Shown here in pieces: positions 21,054-40,275 of a stretch of 64,000 bases of DNA. The stretch's first letter is position 1. Every line of letters starts with the position of its first letter. The translations under genes and the position numbers were made by a program. Under the pieces are notes generated by a model. It ran no database searches. It saw only the letters and a program-made list of their open reading frames with translations, and was not told the DNA's origin. Location of the stretch: NCBI RefSeq assembly GCF_009914755.1, contig NC_060927.1; one strand, written 5' to 3'. This DNA comes from the human T2T-CHM13v2.0 reference genome, Homo sapiens.

Positions 21054-21329
21054 GCGGCCAGGGACGTAGCCCGCGTCCCTGCCCGCTCATCCCGATCCTA
21101 CCTGCCTGTCTTCCAGCACACGACCCCGTCACCAGACCCCGGGCTCACAGGCCTAGGAGGCGGCGGCAGGAGACCAGGGGGAGGCCATACGCCGTTCCCC
21201 AAGTCTCCAGTGTCCCCCGAACTGCTCGCAGCCCTGGCCACATCCCGCCACGCCCCGAGGAAATGCAAAGGGGTGATCCCCGTGACAACCGAGCTGGAGG
21301 GCAGGGGTGCGGCAGCAGCCATCACCTAC

Positions 21330-21385
21330 CTGCGCCCCTGCTCCAGGACAACCGCGCCAGCCGCTCAACCACGCTCCCGAGCATG
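21330..21385 (-). other. ABCC5: ABCC5 non-coding exon 1
   Basis: Ends GGGGCGCAG|GTAGGT (donor at 21329-21328) and joins exon 2 as ...gcgcagGAATTCTG, matching the ABCC5 5'UTR as I recall it. Starts about 25 nt downstream of a TATA box; the 5' end is approximate. Confidence 0.85.
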
Positions 21386-21406
21386 AGCCCTGCAGCAAAA
21401 CAAGCC

Positions 21407-21412
21407 TTTATA
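21407..21412 (-). promoter_or_regulatory. TATA box (TATAAA) of ABCC5
   Basis: gccgcTATAAAggc on the minus strand, about 25-30 nt upstream of exon 1. Confidence 0.75.
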
Positions 21413-21469
21413 GCGGCATCGGCCGCCACACCGCGCAAGCGCGCTGCACAAAGCATTCCCAAGGCTGAA

Positions 21470-21538
21470 GGGAACTGTAGTCCTCCTTCCGAGTGCCCAG
21501 GGCTGCGGACGCGGCGAAGGACTACATTTCCCAGAAGC
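21470..21538. promoter_or_regulatory. Divergent pair of ZNF143/THAP11-type (ACTACAnnTCCC) motifs; NRF1-like GCGCAAGCGC at about 21433-21442
   Basis: GGACTACAGTTCCC on minus (21470-21483) and GGACTACATTTCCCAGAAGC on plus (21519-21538). Confidence 0.65.
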
Positions 21539-22639
21539 GCCGGTGACATCCCGGGGGCGGTGCGGGCTGCCCCTCTTCCCACCGAGCTCCCGGCTCTGTT
21601 CCATCCTTCCCCGTGCCTCTGCGAGACTGTCTGGAATCTTCTCAGGGGTCGTGTTCCCTGGGGGAGGCAGCCGGGAGGCTTAACCGTGGCCCTGTGTTCG
21701 CACACAGTGCTGTTCGTAGGCAGAGCAGTCCCACCCTGCGTGGCCGTGTAGCTGCCAGAAAAGATCGTGAAGGTCATCGTAGCCCGCGTCTAACCCGTTG
21801 AGAGTCGTCAGGCCGGCCAGCCCCAGTTCTTATCTGTTGTGGCAGATACGATTGCTTGCTCATGGTTCGACCCTGCAGTCTGCGCAGATACCGCCTTTCT
21901 CACTTTAACACCAACTGCCCATCAATGTCTCGCTGCCTGGTCTCTAGATAATAAAATGCCAGGATCACAGTCTTAGAAGTGGCAAGAGCCTTAGAAATGT
22001 TATGCTAACTCATCTTCTTCTTTTTATAAATGAAACTGAAGCTCCCAGAAAGATTGATCCCTTTATTTCTCTGTTTCATCGGTACCTTCAGCATCATTAA
22101 ATAAAAGCCACTGTTGAGTTCTTCCCTACCTTGTATCCGATGCTTTACATACCATTCTTGTTTCCTTTAATCTCCATTACAGCCCTATGAGTAGGTATTA
22201 TGAGTTTTTTTTTTTTTAAGGAGTCTGGCTCTGTTGCCCAGGCTGGAGTGCAATGGCGCGATCTCGGCTCACTGCAGCGTCCGCCTTCCGGGTTCAAGCA
22301 GTTCTCCTTGCCTCAGCCTCCCGAGTAGCTGGGATTACAGGCGTCCGCCACCACGCCCGGCTAATTTTCGTATTTTTTAAGTAGAGACAGGGTTTCGCCA
22401 TATTGGCCAGGCTGGTCTCGAACTCCCGACCTCAGGTAATCCGCCCGCCTCGGCTTCCCAAAGTGCTGGGATTACAGGCGCGAGCCACCTCACCCCGCCG
22501 TATTTTTTTTTAATTCAAAGATTAAAAAAGAAGAAGAAGAAGAGGAAGAGGAAGAAGGAGAAGGTAAAGTGACTTGTCCATCTTTATAACAACTAGCTAG
22601 TTAGCTAGTGTGAAGACACTACTGTATCGTAAAGCAGCA

Positions 22640-23570
<931 letters not shown>

Positions 23571-24671
23571 TAGTACCTTCCAACAATGCCTCAAACACTG
23601 TAACACCCAAAACTGCAGATCTGATATCATCATATTTTTTAAAAAGCTTCTAAATCCCGCTGAAATACTTCATATATGTTGATTATAGTTTGTTTTTTAT
23701 TAAAAAAGAATAGATGAACACCAGACAGCCTTGGTGGCAGGCTTCAATACACTGTAGTACTGTCTTGGTCTGTCCAAGTATAGTCTGAGTGAAAGAATTA
23801 TACTTACAAAATTACCCCCTCAAAATGTGTTTGTGTTGTGAACTGTTTAGAGGGGCGATACTTCCCAACCCTCAGGCAAGGGGGCTAGAGAATCTATGTT
23901 GCAGTGTAGAATTGTGTGTCTTTTCTTTTCTTTCTTTTCTTTTTTTTAGATCTCGGCTCACTGTAACCTCCACCTCCAGGGTTCAAGTGATTCTGATTCT
24001 CCTGCCTTAGCCTCCAGAGCAGCTGGGATCACAGGCATGTCCCACCACACCTGGCTAATTTTTGTATTTTTAGTAAAGACGGGGTTTCACCATATTGTCC
24101 AGGCTGGTCTCGAACTCCTGAGCTCAAGTGATCGGCCCACCTCAGCCTCCCAAAGTGCTGGGATTACAGGCGTGAGCTACCGCGCCCGGCCAGAATTGTG
24201 GGTATTTCTAAATAATATTTATGTTGTGTAATGTACTAAACATATTCATTAAATATTTGGTAGAGATGCAGTGGAGCTAAAACAAACACAGTTCCAGCCC
24301 TCATGGGGCTTAGACTCCCAAATAAACACTAACCAGAATTTAAATGATAATTGTAGTAAGTGCAAGGAAAGGAGGTGTGTGTTTCATCTGAAGGAAGTAG
24401 GAGTGTGTGAAGTGAAGACAGTGGAAGTGGGCAGCAGAGACAGCAGTTGAAGCAGAGGAAACAATGAAGACCAGGTTGTGGTAGAATGAAGGGAGTATCT
24501 CCAAACATGTAGATCTTGTTACAGGTGTTTAGGAGCAAAAGGCAACCACTAAAAAGTTTTAAAAGGGTGAATATGTTAGGAGTTGAGAAATTAAATTTAC
24601 ATTTTGGGGCCGGGCGTGGTAACTCACAGCTTGTAATCCCAGCACTTTGGGAGGCTGAGGTGGGTGGATCA

Positions 24672-25031
<360 letters not shown>

Positions 25032-25423
25032 TCATGGTGGCTTGGATTAAGGTTGTGATGGAAAAGATGGAGAGAAAAAGATGAACTCAAGAGAAATTTA
25101 AGAGGTGATATCAACAGAACATGTGGATAGATTAGATACAGGGCAATGAGAAAGAAATGTCAAGGGTAACATGTAGGTGGTTGTGGAACTGGATAGATGG
25201 TGGTCCATTCATTGGCAGAAGTGCTCTACTGCAATAGCCTGACACCGTCCTCTACCTAGCTTGTCTAGAACTAATGTCACATGCTAACAGTCACCCCATA
25301 TCTGCTATGGTACTCACGTTGAATTCTTCTAACAGTTATCAAGACAGAAGCTCCCTTTGTAGTTCAATTTTTCAATGAAAGGCATTTTCATGGAATAAGA
25401 CCTTTTTTAAAGTTAGTTAATAA

Positions 25424-25758
<335 letters not shown>

Positions 25759-26077
25759 TAAGTTTTATATTTGACATCATGGAAACCATGTAGTGTGAAA
25801 GAATAATGCACTCTTTAATGGCCTCAGGCAAATTAGAAGACAAGAGAATTTAAGTTTTAAATAATGCCAGATGAAAGCCAGATGACATGACAGCATGTTA
25901 TACAGCCAAAGGGTTCACATATTTTCATAGAGAAGCCAAGTCTTCCTAAAGTACACAGAAGTATAGGCATGTTATGAGCAGTCATATTGCACATTCATCA
26001 TTATAAAGGAAAGCATTGCACATTTCCTTTGTGGTAACAACTTCCCTTGTTATTTCATTGTTACATTACTTCATTAG

Positions 26078-26377
<300 letters not shown>

Positions 26378-28419
26378 TGAGCCACCGTGCCTGGCCTGCT
26401 TTAAAAATTTTTTAAAGTACTCTTACATTGAGATGCACTATCAGATTCATTGGCCCAACAATAACAGATAGCTGTTCAAAAACTAGCTCCTTGTTAAAAA
26501 CAGGAAAGAAATTGACAGCAATTATCTAATTTTAGCAAAACAATATTTGTAAATTAATTTCAACTTTATAGTGCTATAAGAACTATAAGCATAATGACTT
26601 TGCACACAGCTTTATGAACGGATTTATTTAAGTAATATTCTCATGTAAATAAGAAGTCAACATCAGGGGTTTGAGAGAATTGTTTCTCTTAAAAGGGGTC
26701 TGAGCCTTATTTGAGTTAGGGAAACACTGGGCTATAAAATAAAAGCAAACCTTGGCTGGGTATGCAAGGTCTTCCGTGATCTGGCCCTCAAAATACCACT
26801 GCCTCATCTCCTGTCACTCTCCTAGTCAAACCTGAGGTCCTGCCAACATTGTATTTTCCATGTTGTTATTCTAGCTGTTCCCTCTCTCCAGAACACCCTT
26901 CTAAATCTACTCAGCTAAAATAATAATCACAGCCCATAGGCAGGTCTTGGGATTTTAATCCTCCCAGAATGACAATTACTTACTTATTCAACGGAATAAA
27001 ATGGTACAATATGTCTAACATCTCATGATGAGATGTATATGGAGAATTCTCCCACATTTTATTGTGAAGAATGGACTGAGCACCCACTACCTGAGAATCA
27101 ACAGGATCCCTCTAAGCCAGAGAAGCAGGACCAATAGTCCAGAAAAAACAGAGCCTTCTCCAAAAAACAGGACTTGTCAGACAGAATGGTCAATCCCAGT
27201 CATTCCCCAATACTTCTCTTAAGCGTTTTGCTTGATAAATATGGACTTTTGACCAGAAGAAGAGAGAAACAACTCTGGTGTAAAGGTTGTTATCACTAGT
27301 AATCCCTCCCTCCTTCCCTCTCTCCCTCTCTTTCTGTCTTTCTCTCTTTCTTTCTTGAGGCAATCTCACCCTATCACCTAGGCTGAAGTACAGTGACATG
27401 ATCTCGGCTCACTGCAACCTCTGCCTCCTGTGTTCAAGTGATTCTCCTGCCTCAGCCTCTGGAGTAGCTGGGATTACATGCATGCACCACCACGCCTGGC
27501 TAATTTTTGTATTTTTAGTAGAGACAGGGGTTTTGCCATATTGGCCAAGCTGGTCTCGAACTCCTGAACTCAAGTGATCCGCCCACTTCGGCCTCCCAAA
27601 GTGCTGGGATTATAGGCGAGAGCCACCGCACCTGGCAGGCTGCAGTTTCTTTCAATCAAAACAATTCAATTGTTGAGACCCTGAGGAAAAAATGTGTATT
27701 CTTAAAACAGAAATTGTGTACTTTATTGATTATAGGAGACCACCAGTGAGAAAAAATCAGCATTGCTTTTCAGCAACTAAAGTTGCCGTATAGGTGTATT
27801 TGATAAGTCGTGATACCAAAGCATCTTTTTAAACTTTCATCCTAATATTAGGTCTAGGTAGATGGCATGTGGCCCGCAGCTGTCAGGTCATTGATCTAAA
27901 GGAAAAGGGAAGAAAAGATTCCTCCTTGAGTCAGTCTAAGTTTAAATTGCTCAAGGATTCAGGGATTAAAATTTATGTCTGTTTTACTTTCTACTTGCTT
28001 GCAGCTTATAGTTTTCAACAATCTTTAGGTTTTAAAATACTTGTCAGGTTTTTAAAAATTTCTTCATTTATTTGTATATATGCTATTTGCATTTTATATT
28101 CTATATGTAGCATATTTGAGATAATTTTTTCAAGTTTTTTTCTAGATTCCTATTTACTTAAAACAGTATTTCCACAAAATAACCCATGAAATACTAGCCC
28201 TGCAAGATATTCTGAAAAAAAGGGAGAATTTCCAAAATCAAAAAGGTTTGGAAAATTGTGTATATCATAGTCAAAATTTACTTTAATATATTAGCTAGGC
28301 CAAGTGCAGTGGCTCATGCCTGTAATTTCAGCATTTTGGGAGGCTGAGGCAGGAGGATTTCTAGGAGCCCAGGAGTTTAAGACCAGCCTGGGCAACATAG
28401 TGAGACTCCATCTCTAAAT

Positions 28420-28750
28420 ACATATATATATCATATATACATATAATAAATATATATCATATATAATATATATTATAATTAAATTATATATAATATATAT
28501 TTAAATATATATTATATATTAAATTATATATAATATATATTTAAATATATATTATATATTAAATTATATATAATATATATTTTAATATATATTATATATT
28601 AAATTATATATAATATATATTTTAATATATATTATATATTAAATTATATATAATATATATTTAAAATATATTATATATTAAATTATATATAATATATATT
28701 AAATATATAAATATAAATATATAATATATAAATATATATTTATAATATAA
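28420..28750. repeat. AT-rich minisatellite, 40-bp unit AAATTATATATAATATATATTTAAATATATATTATATATT, about 5 copies
   Basis: Unit recurs at 28481, 28521, 28561, 28601 and 28641. Confidence 0.92.
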
Positions 28751-28832
28751 GCTAAATACTCTGGGAAATCCTGCAACAATGAAAGCTGGTTAGTCTTGTT
28801 TAGTTCAGCATTTCTCAGACTTATTTGAACAT

Positions 28833-29195
28833 TTTATCAGTCCATTTTCATACTGCTATGAAGAAATACCTGAGACTGGGTAACTTATAAAGAAAAAAGA
28901 GGTTTAATGGACTCAGTTCCACATGGCTGGGGAGGCCTTACAATCATGGTGGAAGGCAAAGGAAGGACAAAGGCACGTCTTACATGGCAGCAGGCAAGAG
29001 AACGTGTGCAGGGGAACTGCCCTTTTTTAAGCCATCAGATCTCGTGAGACTTATTCACTATCAGGAGAACAGCACGGGAAAAACCCGCCCCCATGATTCA
29101 ATTACCTCCCACCAGGTCCCTCCCATGACATGTGGGGATTATGGGAGCTACAATTCAAGATGAGATTTGGATGGGGACACAGCCAAACCATATCA
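28833..29195 (-). mobile_element. THE1 (ERVL-MaLR) solo LTR
   Basis: Reverse complement begins TGATATGGTTTGGCTGTGTCCCC; about 360 bp; 5-bp TSD AACAT at 28828-28832 and 29196-29200. Confidence 0.88.
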
Positions 29196-29382
29196 AACAT
29201 GAAATAACAAAAATAATATTTTAGAAACAGCATTTAACACCCTCTGGAATTAGTGTTTTACAGAAAATGCTTTGACAAATGCTTATCTAAAGTCACTTTT
29301 TAGGCTGGGTGCGGTGGCTCACTCCTGTAATCCCAGCACTTTGGAGGCTGAGGTGGGTGGATCACCTGAGGTCAGGAGTTCA

Positions 29383-31353
<1,971 letters not shown>

Positions 31354-32084
31354 CAGTACTGTCACTTTTTAAAAAAAAGAAAAAAAAAACAACAACAAAC
31401 TTTCCAAAGGGGCAGGGATTCTCCAGTGATAAAGAGTGATGCTGAGGACAGCAGAAGGGTGAATCCTATCAGTATCCAGCTGAGTGAGGCTAAGAGAAAA
31501 GGGCCTTATGCTTACAGGAACTGGGGTTGCTGCAGTGAACCCAGACATTTTAAGTTCAGAATATTCCATTTAGGCTGAAGCAACCTGGGCGATCTTAGGC
31601 TGGACAGGATAACCGTTACTGCCATTTTTACTGTTATTTCTGCTTCAATTTACTGCTATTAATTGCTTAAGATGGGCAAGGCACTATACATATATTATCT
31701 CAAACCACATAAGACTCCTGCAAGATAGATTTTACCCTCCCAATTTTAGAGATAAGGAAACTGAGGCTGAGAGGGTGACGTGATTCTTGTAGAAAGGATT
31801 TGGTCTTAGACATTTCTTAATACATTGTGCTACCTCAATCTGTAAACCTTCATTGAGGCGACTGCTCTCTCTTTGCTCTGTAAGCCACTTATTACTTTCC
31901 CTAAAGCCTTCCCTGCCAGAAATAATTCTAGAATAAAACAGGTTAAACCACTGATGACCTTGGCCCAATTAATCTTATCATGTCTGGCTTCCATCATGAA
32001 CCAATTAATTACATACATTAATCTGATAAGACCTATGATTACCTACACATGGAATGGTATTTTGAAATTACTTCCCAAGGCTAT

Positions 32085-32578
32085 TTAAGAATCACTATTA
32101 TAAAGACACATGCATGCATGTGTTCACCACAGCACTATTCACAATAGCAAAGACATGAAATTGACCTAAATGCCCATCAATGATAGACTGGATAAAGAAA
32201 ATGTGGTACACACACCATGGAATACTATGCAGCCATAAAAAGGAATGAGTTCATGTCCTTTGCAGGACCATGGATGGAGCTGGGGGCCATTATCCTTAGC
32301 AAACTAACACAGGAACAGAAAACCAAGTACTGCATGTTCTCACTTATAAGTACCAACTAAATGATGAGAACACATGGACACATAGAGGGGAACAACACAC
32401 ACTGAGGCCTATCAGAGGGTGGAGGGTGGGAGGAGGGAGAGGATCAGGAAAAATAACTAATGGGTACTAGGCTTAATACCTGGGTGATGAAATCATCTGT
32501 ACAACAAACCCCCACGACACAAGTTTACCTATATAACAAATCTGCACATGTACCCCTGAACTTAAAAGTCAAAAAAAG
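32085..32578 (+). mobile_element. L1P 3' end, followed directly by an AluY-like element (32580-32874)
   Basis: AAAGACACATGCA...CATGGAATACTATGCAGCCATAAAA...CCCCTGAACTTAAAA. Confidence 0.85.
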
Positions 32579-32673
32579 AGGCTGGGCGCGGTGGCTCATG
32601 CCTGTAATCCCAACACTTTGGGAGGCCAAGGCGGGTGGATCATGAGGTCAGGAGATCGAGACCATCCTGGCTA

Positions 32674-33009
<336 letters not shown>

Positions 33010-33269
33010 CTAGAGTGAATATGAACCATCCAAAGGGTTTCACTACTTCTGAGCTTTGGCAGATTGTTGTCAAGCAGAAACGTGAGCCTCATGTTGCTAG
33101 ATCTTATTTTTCAAATGAAGCCAGAAACAGTTTTTATGTGAAATCTCAATGTTTAAGTGTTACACAACTAACTTTAAAAAAAGAAAAAAAAAAACACTAG
33201 CAGGGCCAAAAATAACATAAACTTTCAGGCTAATAGCTCATGACCTTTTCTTTAAAATCATAAGTCAGC

Positions 33270-34123
<854 letters not shown>

Positions 34124-34241
34124 TCATAAGTCAGCTTTTATTTTAAAAAAGTATTACCTCTGCCACCACCCCCTACTCCACTAATCACTCCCTTCATTGG
34201 GTAGACCTGGGTCCAGATTGCTTTTGAAACACTAAAAAGGC

Positions 34242-35070
<829 letters not shown>

Positions 35071-35282
35071 ATTACTTTTGGAGGCTAGATTCAGGCCCAG
35101 TTAAAGCACAGGGTGAGTTATTCCTCTGTGACATTCTTTTGTCACCAAGGGGTCTTGTTAGAGAGGCGGTTAATGCCAGCTGATATATATATTATTCAAA
35201 GGTAGGGCTCAAGGTGTGATCTGAGGTTTTTTAAAGGTTAACATCATCATCAAGTACCCAGAGAAGTGCCAAAGAGAGGAAG

Positions 35283-35348
35283 ATGGAAAGAGGCTGGTTC
35301 CATGGGAAAGGATTCCTCCTTGGCTTCATCCTCCACCTGCTGCTGCAA
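35283..35348 (+). CDS. HTR3D: HTR3D exon 1 (signal peptide) MERGWFHGKGFLLGFILHLLLQ
   Basis: Homologous to HTR3C exon 1. Donor CAA|GTACCT is phase 0, whereas HTR3C is phase 1. Confidence 0.8.
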
Positions 35349-36371
35349 GTACCTTAAGATAAGAGCAAGAGCTGAGCAGACATGTAACTCCTGGGAAGCA
35401 GAGAAAACAGGCTAATATTTTTTATTCTGAGATAGTCAATGATTGGATGTTCGTTATGGTAAAAATGATGCTCGTGACACTGACGGCTTTGTACCTCTTC
35501 CTAGGATCCTAATATTTAGTTAACTCTTTTCTCTTCTTTTTTTTTTTTTTTTTGAGATGGAGTCTCGCTCTGTTACCCAGGCTAGAGTGCAGTGGCAATA
35601 TCTCAGCCCATTGCAACCTTCACCTCCCAGGTTCAAACGATCTCATGCCTCAGCCTCCCAAGTAGCTGGGATTACAGGCACCTGCCACCATGCCTGGCTA
35701 ATTTTTGTATTTTTAGTAGAGATGGGGTTTCACCATGTTGGCCAGGCTGGTCTTGAACGCCTGTCCTCAGGTGATCTGCCCGCGTGGGCCTCCCAAAGTG
35801 TTGGGATTACAGGCGTGAGCCCCTGAGCCCAGCCTGGGAACTCTTTAAGATAATCCTAGTGATGAAGACTACTAAATGTTAGAACAATCACAGCACATAG
35901 TAAAGACACAGTAAATACTCATCAAATTGAAAAACTGAAATTGATTTGTTTCCTTAAGATCCCATATATCTCACACTACCTATCTGATTACTCCCCTTAT
36001 CATTAATTTATTAGCATCTATGCCATATTAATACAGCGAGGCGGAGAACTGTGAGTGCAAAATTTGTCACTGACATCACCCACATGGCTCCAGGTTGGAG
36101 GTAAGCAAGAGAAGGACACTGGCAGAAGGTGGAGAGGTTGCAGTGAGATTGTTAAGGACATGGCAGGACACTGTAAAGTGGCGGTCGGGGTTGAGTTTGC
36201 ATACACATCTGGACAGGTTTTGCATGGGGACAAAACAATGGCACTGAGGATGGATCCTTGACTCAGCTCACCTCATCAGTTTCCACCATTTGCCTACCAG
36301 CTCAGCCTACTCTTCCTGGACCAGGAAGGAGGAGCTCACATGCTTCTCCCAGTGCCCCCTGTTTTCTCTCC

Positions 36372-36601
36372 ATGCAGAAACACTCTCCAGGCCCCCCAGC
36401 CCTGGCCCTCCTCTCTCAGTCTCTGCTCACTACAGGAAATGGCGACACTTTGATTATCAATTGCCCAGGCTTTGGCCAGCACAGGGTGGACCCTGCAGCC
36501 TTTCAAGCAGTGTTTGACAGAAAGGCTATTGGTCCAGTCACCAACTACAGTGTCGCCACTCATGTCAACATCTCCTTCACCTTGTCTGCCATCTGGAAGT
36601 T
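36372..36601 (+). CDS. HTR3D: HTR3D exon 2 homolog (36436-36601) with alternative upstream ATG at 36372 ([14 protein letters not shown]...[16 protein letters not shown]...[10 protein letters not shown])
   Basis: About 80% nucleotide identity to HTR3C exon 2. Acceptor tacAG|GAAAT; donor GTAAGT at 36602; 1 nt shorter than HTR3C. Confidence 0.8.
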
Positions 36602-36680
36602 GTAAGTCCTCACCCAACATTGCAGTGGTCTAGTGGTGAGCAGTGGACCCTCTGACTGGATTTTTTTTTTTTTTTTTTGA

Positions 36681-36959
<279 letters not shown>

Positions 36960-36969
36960 TAAAATTAGT

Positions 36970-38150
<1,181 letters not shown>

Positions 38151-38241
38151 AAAAAATTATTTTTAGCCTGGGCAACATGGCGAAACCCCATCTCTACCAA
38201 AAATACAAAAAGTTAGCTGGGCGTGGTGGTGTGTGCCTCTA

Positions 38242-38469
<228 letters not shown>

Positions 38470-38718
38470 TTACTGCAGGTAAAATCTGTTCTTTTTGGAA
38501 TACTTGTCAAAACATATTCCCAATGGACCTTCATACTGTGTTTTTCATTTACATTTTCCATGTACCTTGAATTGTTTTGATCTACATCATTTTTCAGTGG
38601 CTTAGATCAAAAATCATTATTGCCACATGGACCAGCCTTGGAAGTGAACAAGGAGAGGGTGGTGGCATGGGACCTGCCTTCCTGGAGTTAATCATCTAGA
38701 TGAAAGCTGCTATTCCAG

Positions 38719-38763
38719 GATTCACACCTTCAACTGGTGACATCGTTCCTGTGGCTAAATATG
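38719..38763 (+). CDS. HTR3D: HTR3D exon 3 DSHLQLVTSFLWLNM
   Basis: 45 nt, AG/GT flanked, matches HTR3C exon 3 DAQLQLLTSFLWMDL. Confidence 0.85.
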
Positions 38764-39230
38764 GTATGACAGACTCAGTTTCCCCTTTCCTCTACTCTGG
38801 TGCCTCTCTTTTTTCCACTCCTAGGTCCAGCTTTGCAGATTATATTGGTTAAAGCTGAGAATATCCATAAATTAGACAAGTTCAAATAGACCAATAATGA
38901 AAATACAAAACTTTCTGATTATTCTGCTGGTTTAGGAGGGCAGAAAATGGGCACAGGGAGAAGGTGGTATACACTAAGGCCATGGGAGTCAATACTTATG
39001 TGGCTCCATCCCAGAGAATCCTGAGCCAAGCTCAAGCTCAAGCTCTGTCTTGAGAAAACTGAGGTAAGCAAGTGTTAGTGTGATGGCTGTCACCAGAGAG
39101 GTGGCGGGAGAGTGAAGAAATGGGCGAAAAAAGGAAAGGGAAGGTGCAGAAGACAGAGCAAAACTAAAACTAGTTCCTTCCCCCTGTTTCTCTCATGCCA
39201 TGGTTTCCTACAGACCTAGCACAATCAATT

Positions 39231-39533
39231 CTTTTTTTTTTTTTTTGAGAGAGTCTCACTCTGTCGCCCAGGCTCAAGGGCAGTGGTGCGATCTCAGCCC
39301 ACTGCAACCTCCACCTCCTGGGTTCAAGCGATTTTCCTGCCTCCTGCCTCAGCCTCCTGAGTATCTGGGATTACAGGGGCCCACCACCACACCCAGCTAA
39401 TTTTTGTATTTTTAGTAGAGATGGGGTTTCACCATGTTAGCTAGGCTGGTCCTGAACTCCTGACCTTCAGTGATCCCCCCGCCTCAGCCTTCCAAAGTGC
39501 TGGGATTACAGACAGAAGCCACCATGCCCGGCC
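39231..39533 (-). mobile_element. AluS inserted inside HTR3D coding exon 4
   Basis: Full antisense Alu with TSD T(A/G)GCACAATCAATT at 39217-39230 and 39535-39548. Confidence 0.92.
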
Positions 39534-39555
39534 TTGGCACAATCAATTTGTGCAG

Positions 39556-39641
39556 TGGAACCCAGATGAATGCGGAGGCATCAAGAAGTCCGGCATGGCA
39601 ACTGAGAACCTATGGCTTTCAGATGTCTTCATCGAGGAGTC
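39556..39641 (+). CDS. HTR3D: HTR3D exon 4, 3' remnant after the Alu insertion: WNPDECGGIKKSGMATENLWLSDVFIEES
   Basis: Loop A (WxPD-like) motif. Cryptic acceptor GTGCAG|TGG; donor TC|GTGAGT. Confidence 0.85.
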
Positions 39642-39909
39642 GTGAGTCTCAGGCCAAAAAAGCAGAATGGAAACCACGTCTACAGGGAAGGACACAATGT
39701 TACCGATAAGGCCACACAAAGACTCAACTTAGAAAAGAGCAGAGTCTGAATTGAAGAGCTTACAAACCCCCAGAATATGATCATAGGTAGAAGAGAGAAG
39801 TCATCTGAGTGGGGCTGGAGCTCGAGAATGGGATGACCTGACAGAGAAAGAAGGCCAAGTCTGATGGGGAAACCCACAGCACCTACCTCCCTGTCCTTCT
39901 CCCACACAG

Positions 39910-40081
39910 CATCAGTGTGGATCAGACACCTGCAGGTCTCATGGCTAGTATGTCAATAGTGAAGGCCACATCAAACACAATAAGCCAATGTGGGTGGTCA
40001 GCATCTGCAAACTGGACACCTTCTATTTCCCCTTCCATGGACAGAGCTGAACGCTCTCCTTCAGCCCTTTCACCTACACAG
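39910..40081 (+). CDS. HTR3D: HTR3D exon 5 (Cys-loop exon, frameshifted); in-frame alternative acceptor at 39916; internal ATG at 39941
   Basis: 172 nt versus 170 nt in HTR3C. acAG|C acceptor; ACAG|GTAAGT donor. Confidence 0.85.
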
Positions 40082-40275
40082 GTAAGTGGGGCTCACTAAA
40101 GTAGACTGTTGAGAGGCAGAGAAAGGGCTTTGAGTGAGAAGAGGACAGAAAGCTGGGAACAGTGAGGGAATCTTGCTGAAAAGGGCCTGGAAGCTAAGCA
40201 GTGAGGGATCCAACAGTCTGGGCAAGGGACTTGGGCGCATTTGGGGAGGCTGAGTCTTCTGGGCCTGCTTTGCAG

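Larger units (their letters stand above)
20560..21830. promoter_or_regulatory. ABCC5: CpG island / ABCC5 promoter
   Basis: Sharp rise in GC content and CpG density around exon 1. Confidence 0.9.

Noticed and set aside
20712-21777. Overlapping 100-224 aa ORFs on both strands
   Set aside because: Stop-codon depletion in the GC-rich CpG island; no recognisable domain.
28481-28700. Regular 40-bp periodicity as a CRISPR-like array
   Set aside because: No unique spacers; it is a pure AT tandem repeat in human DNA.
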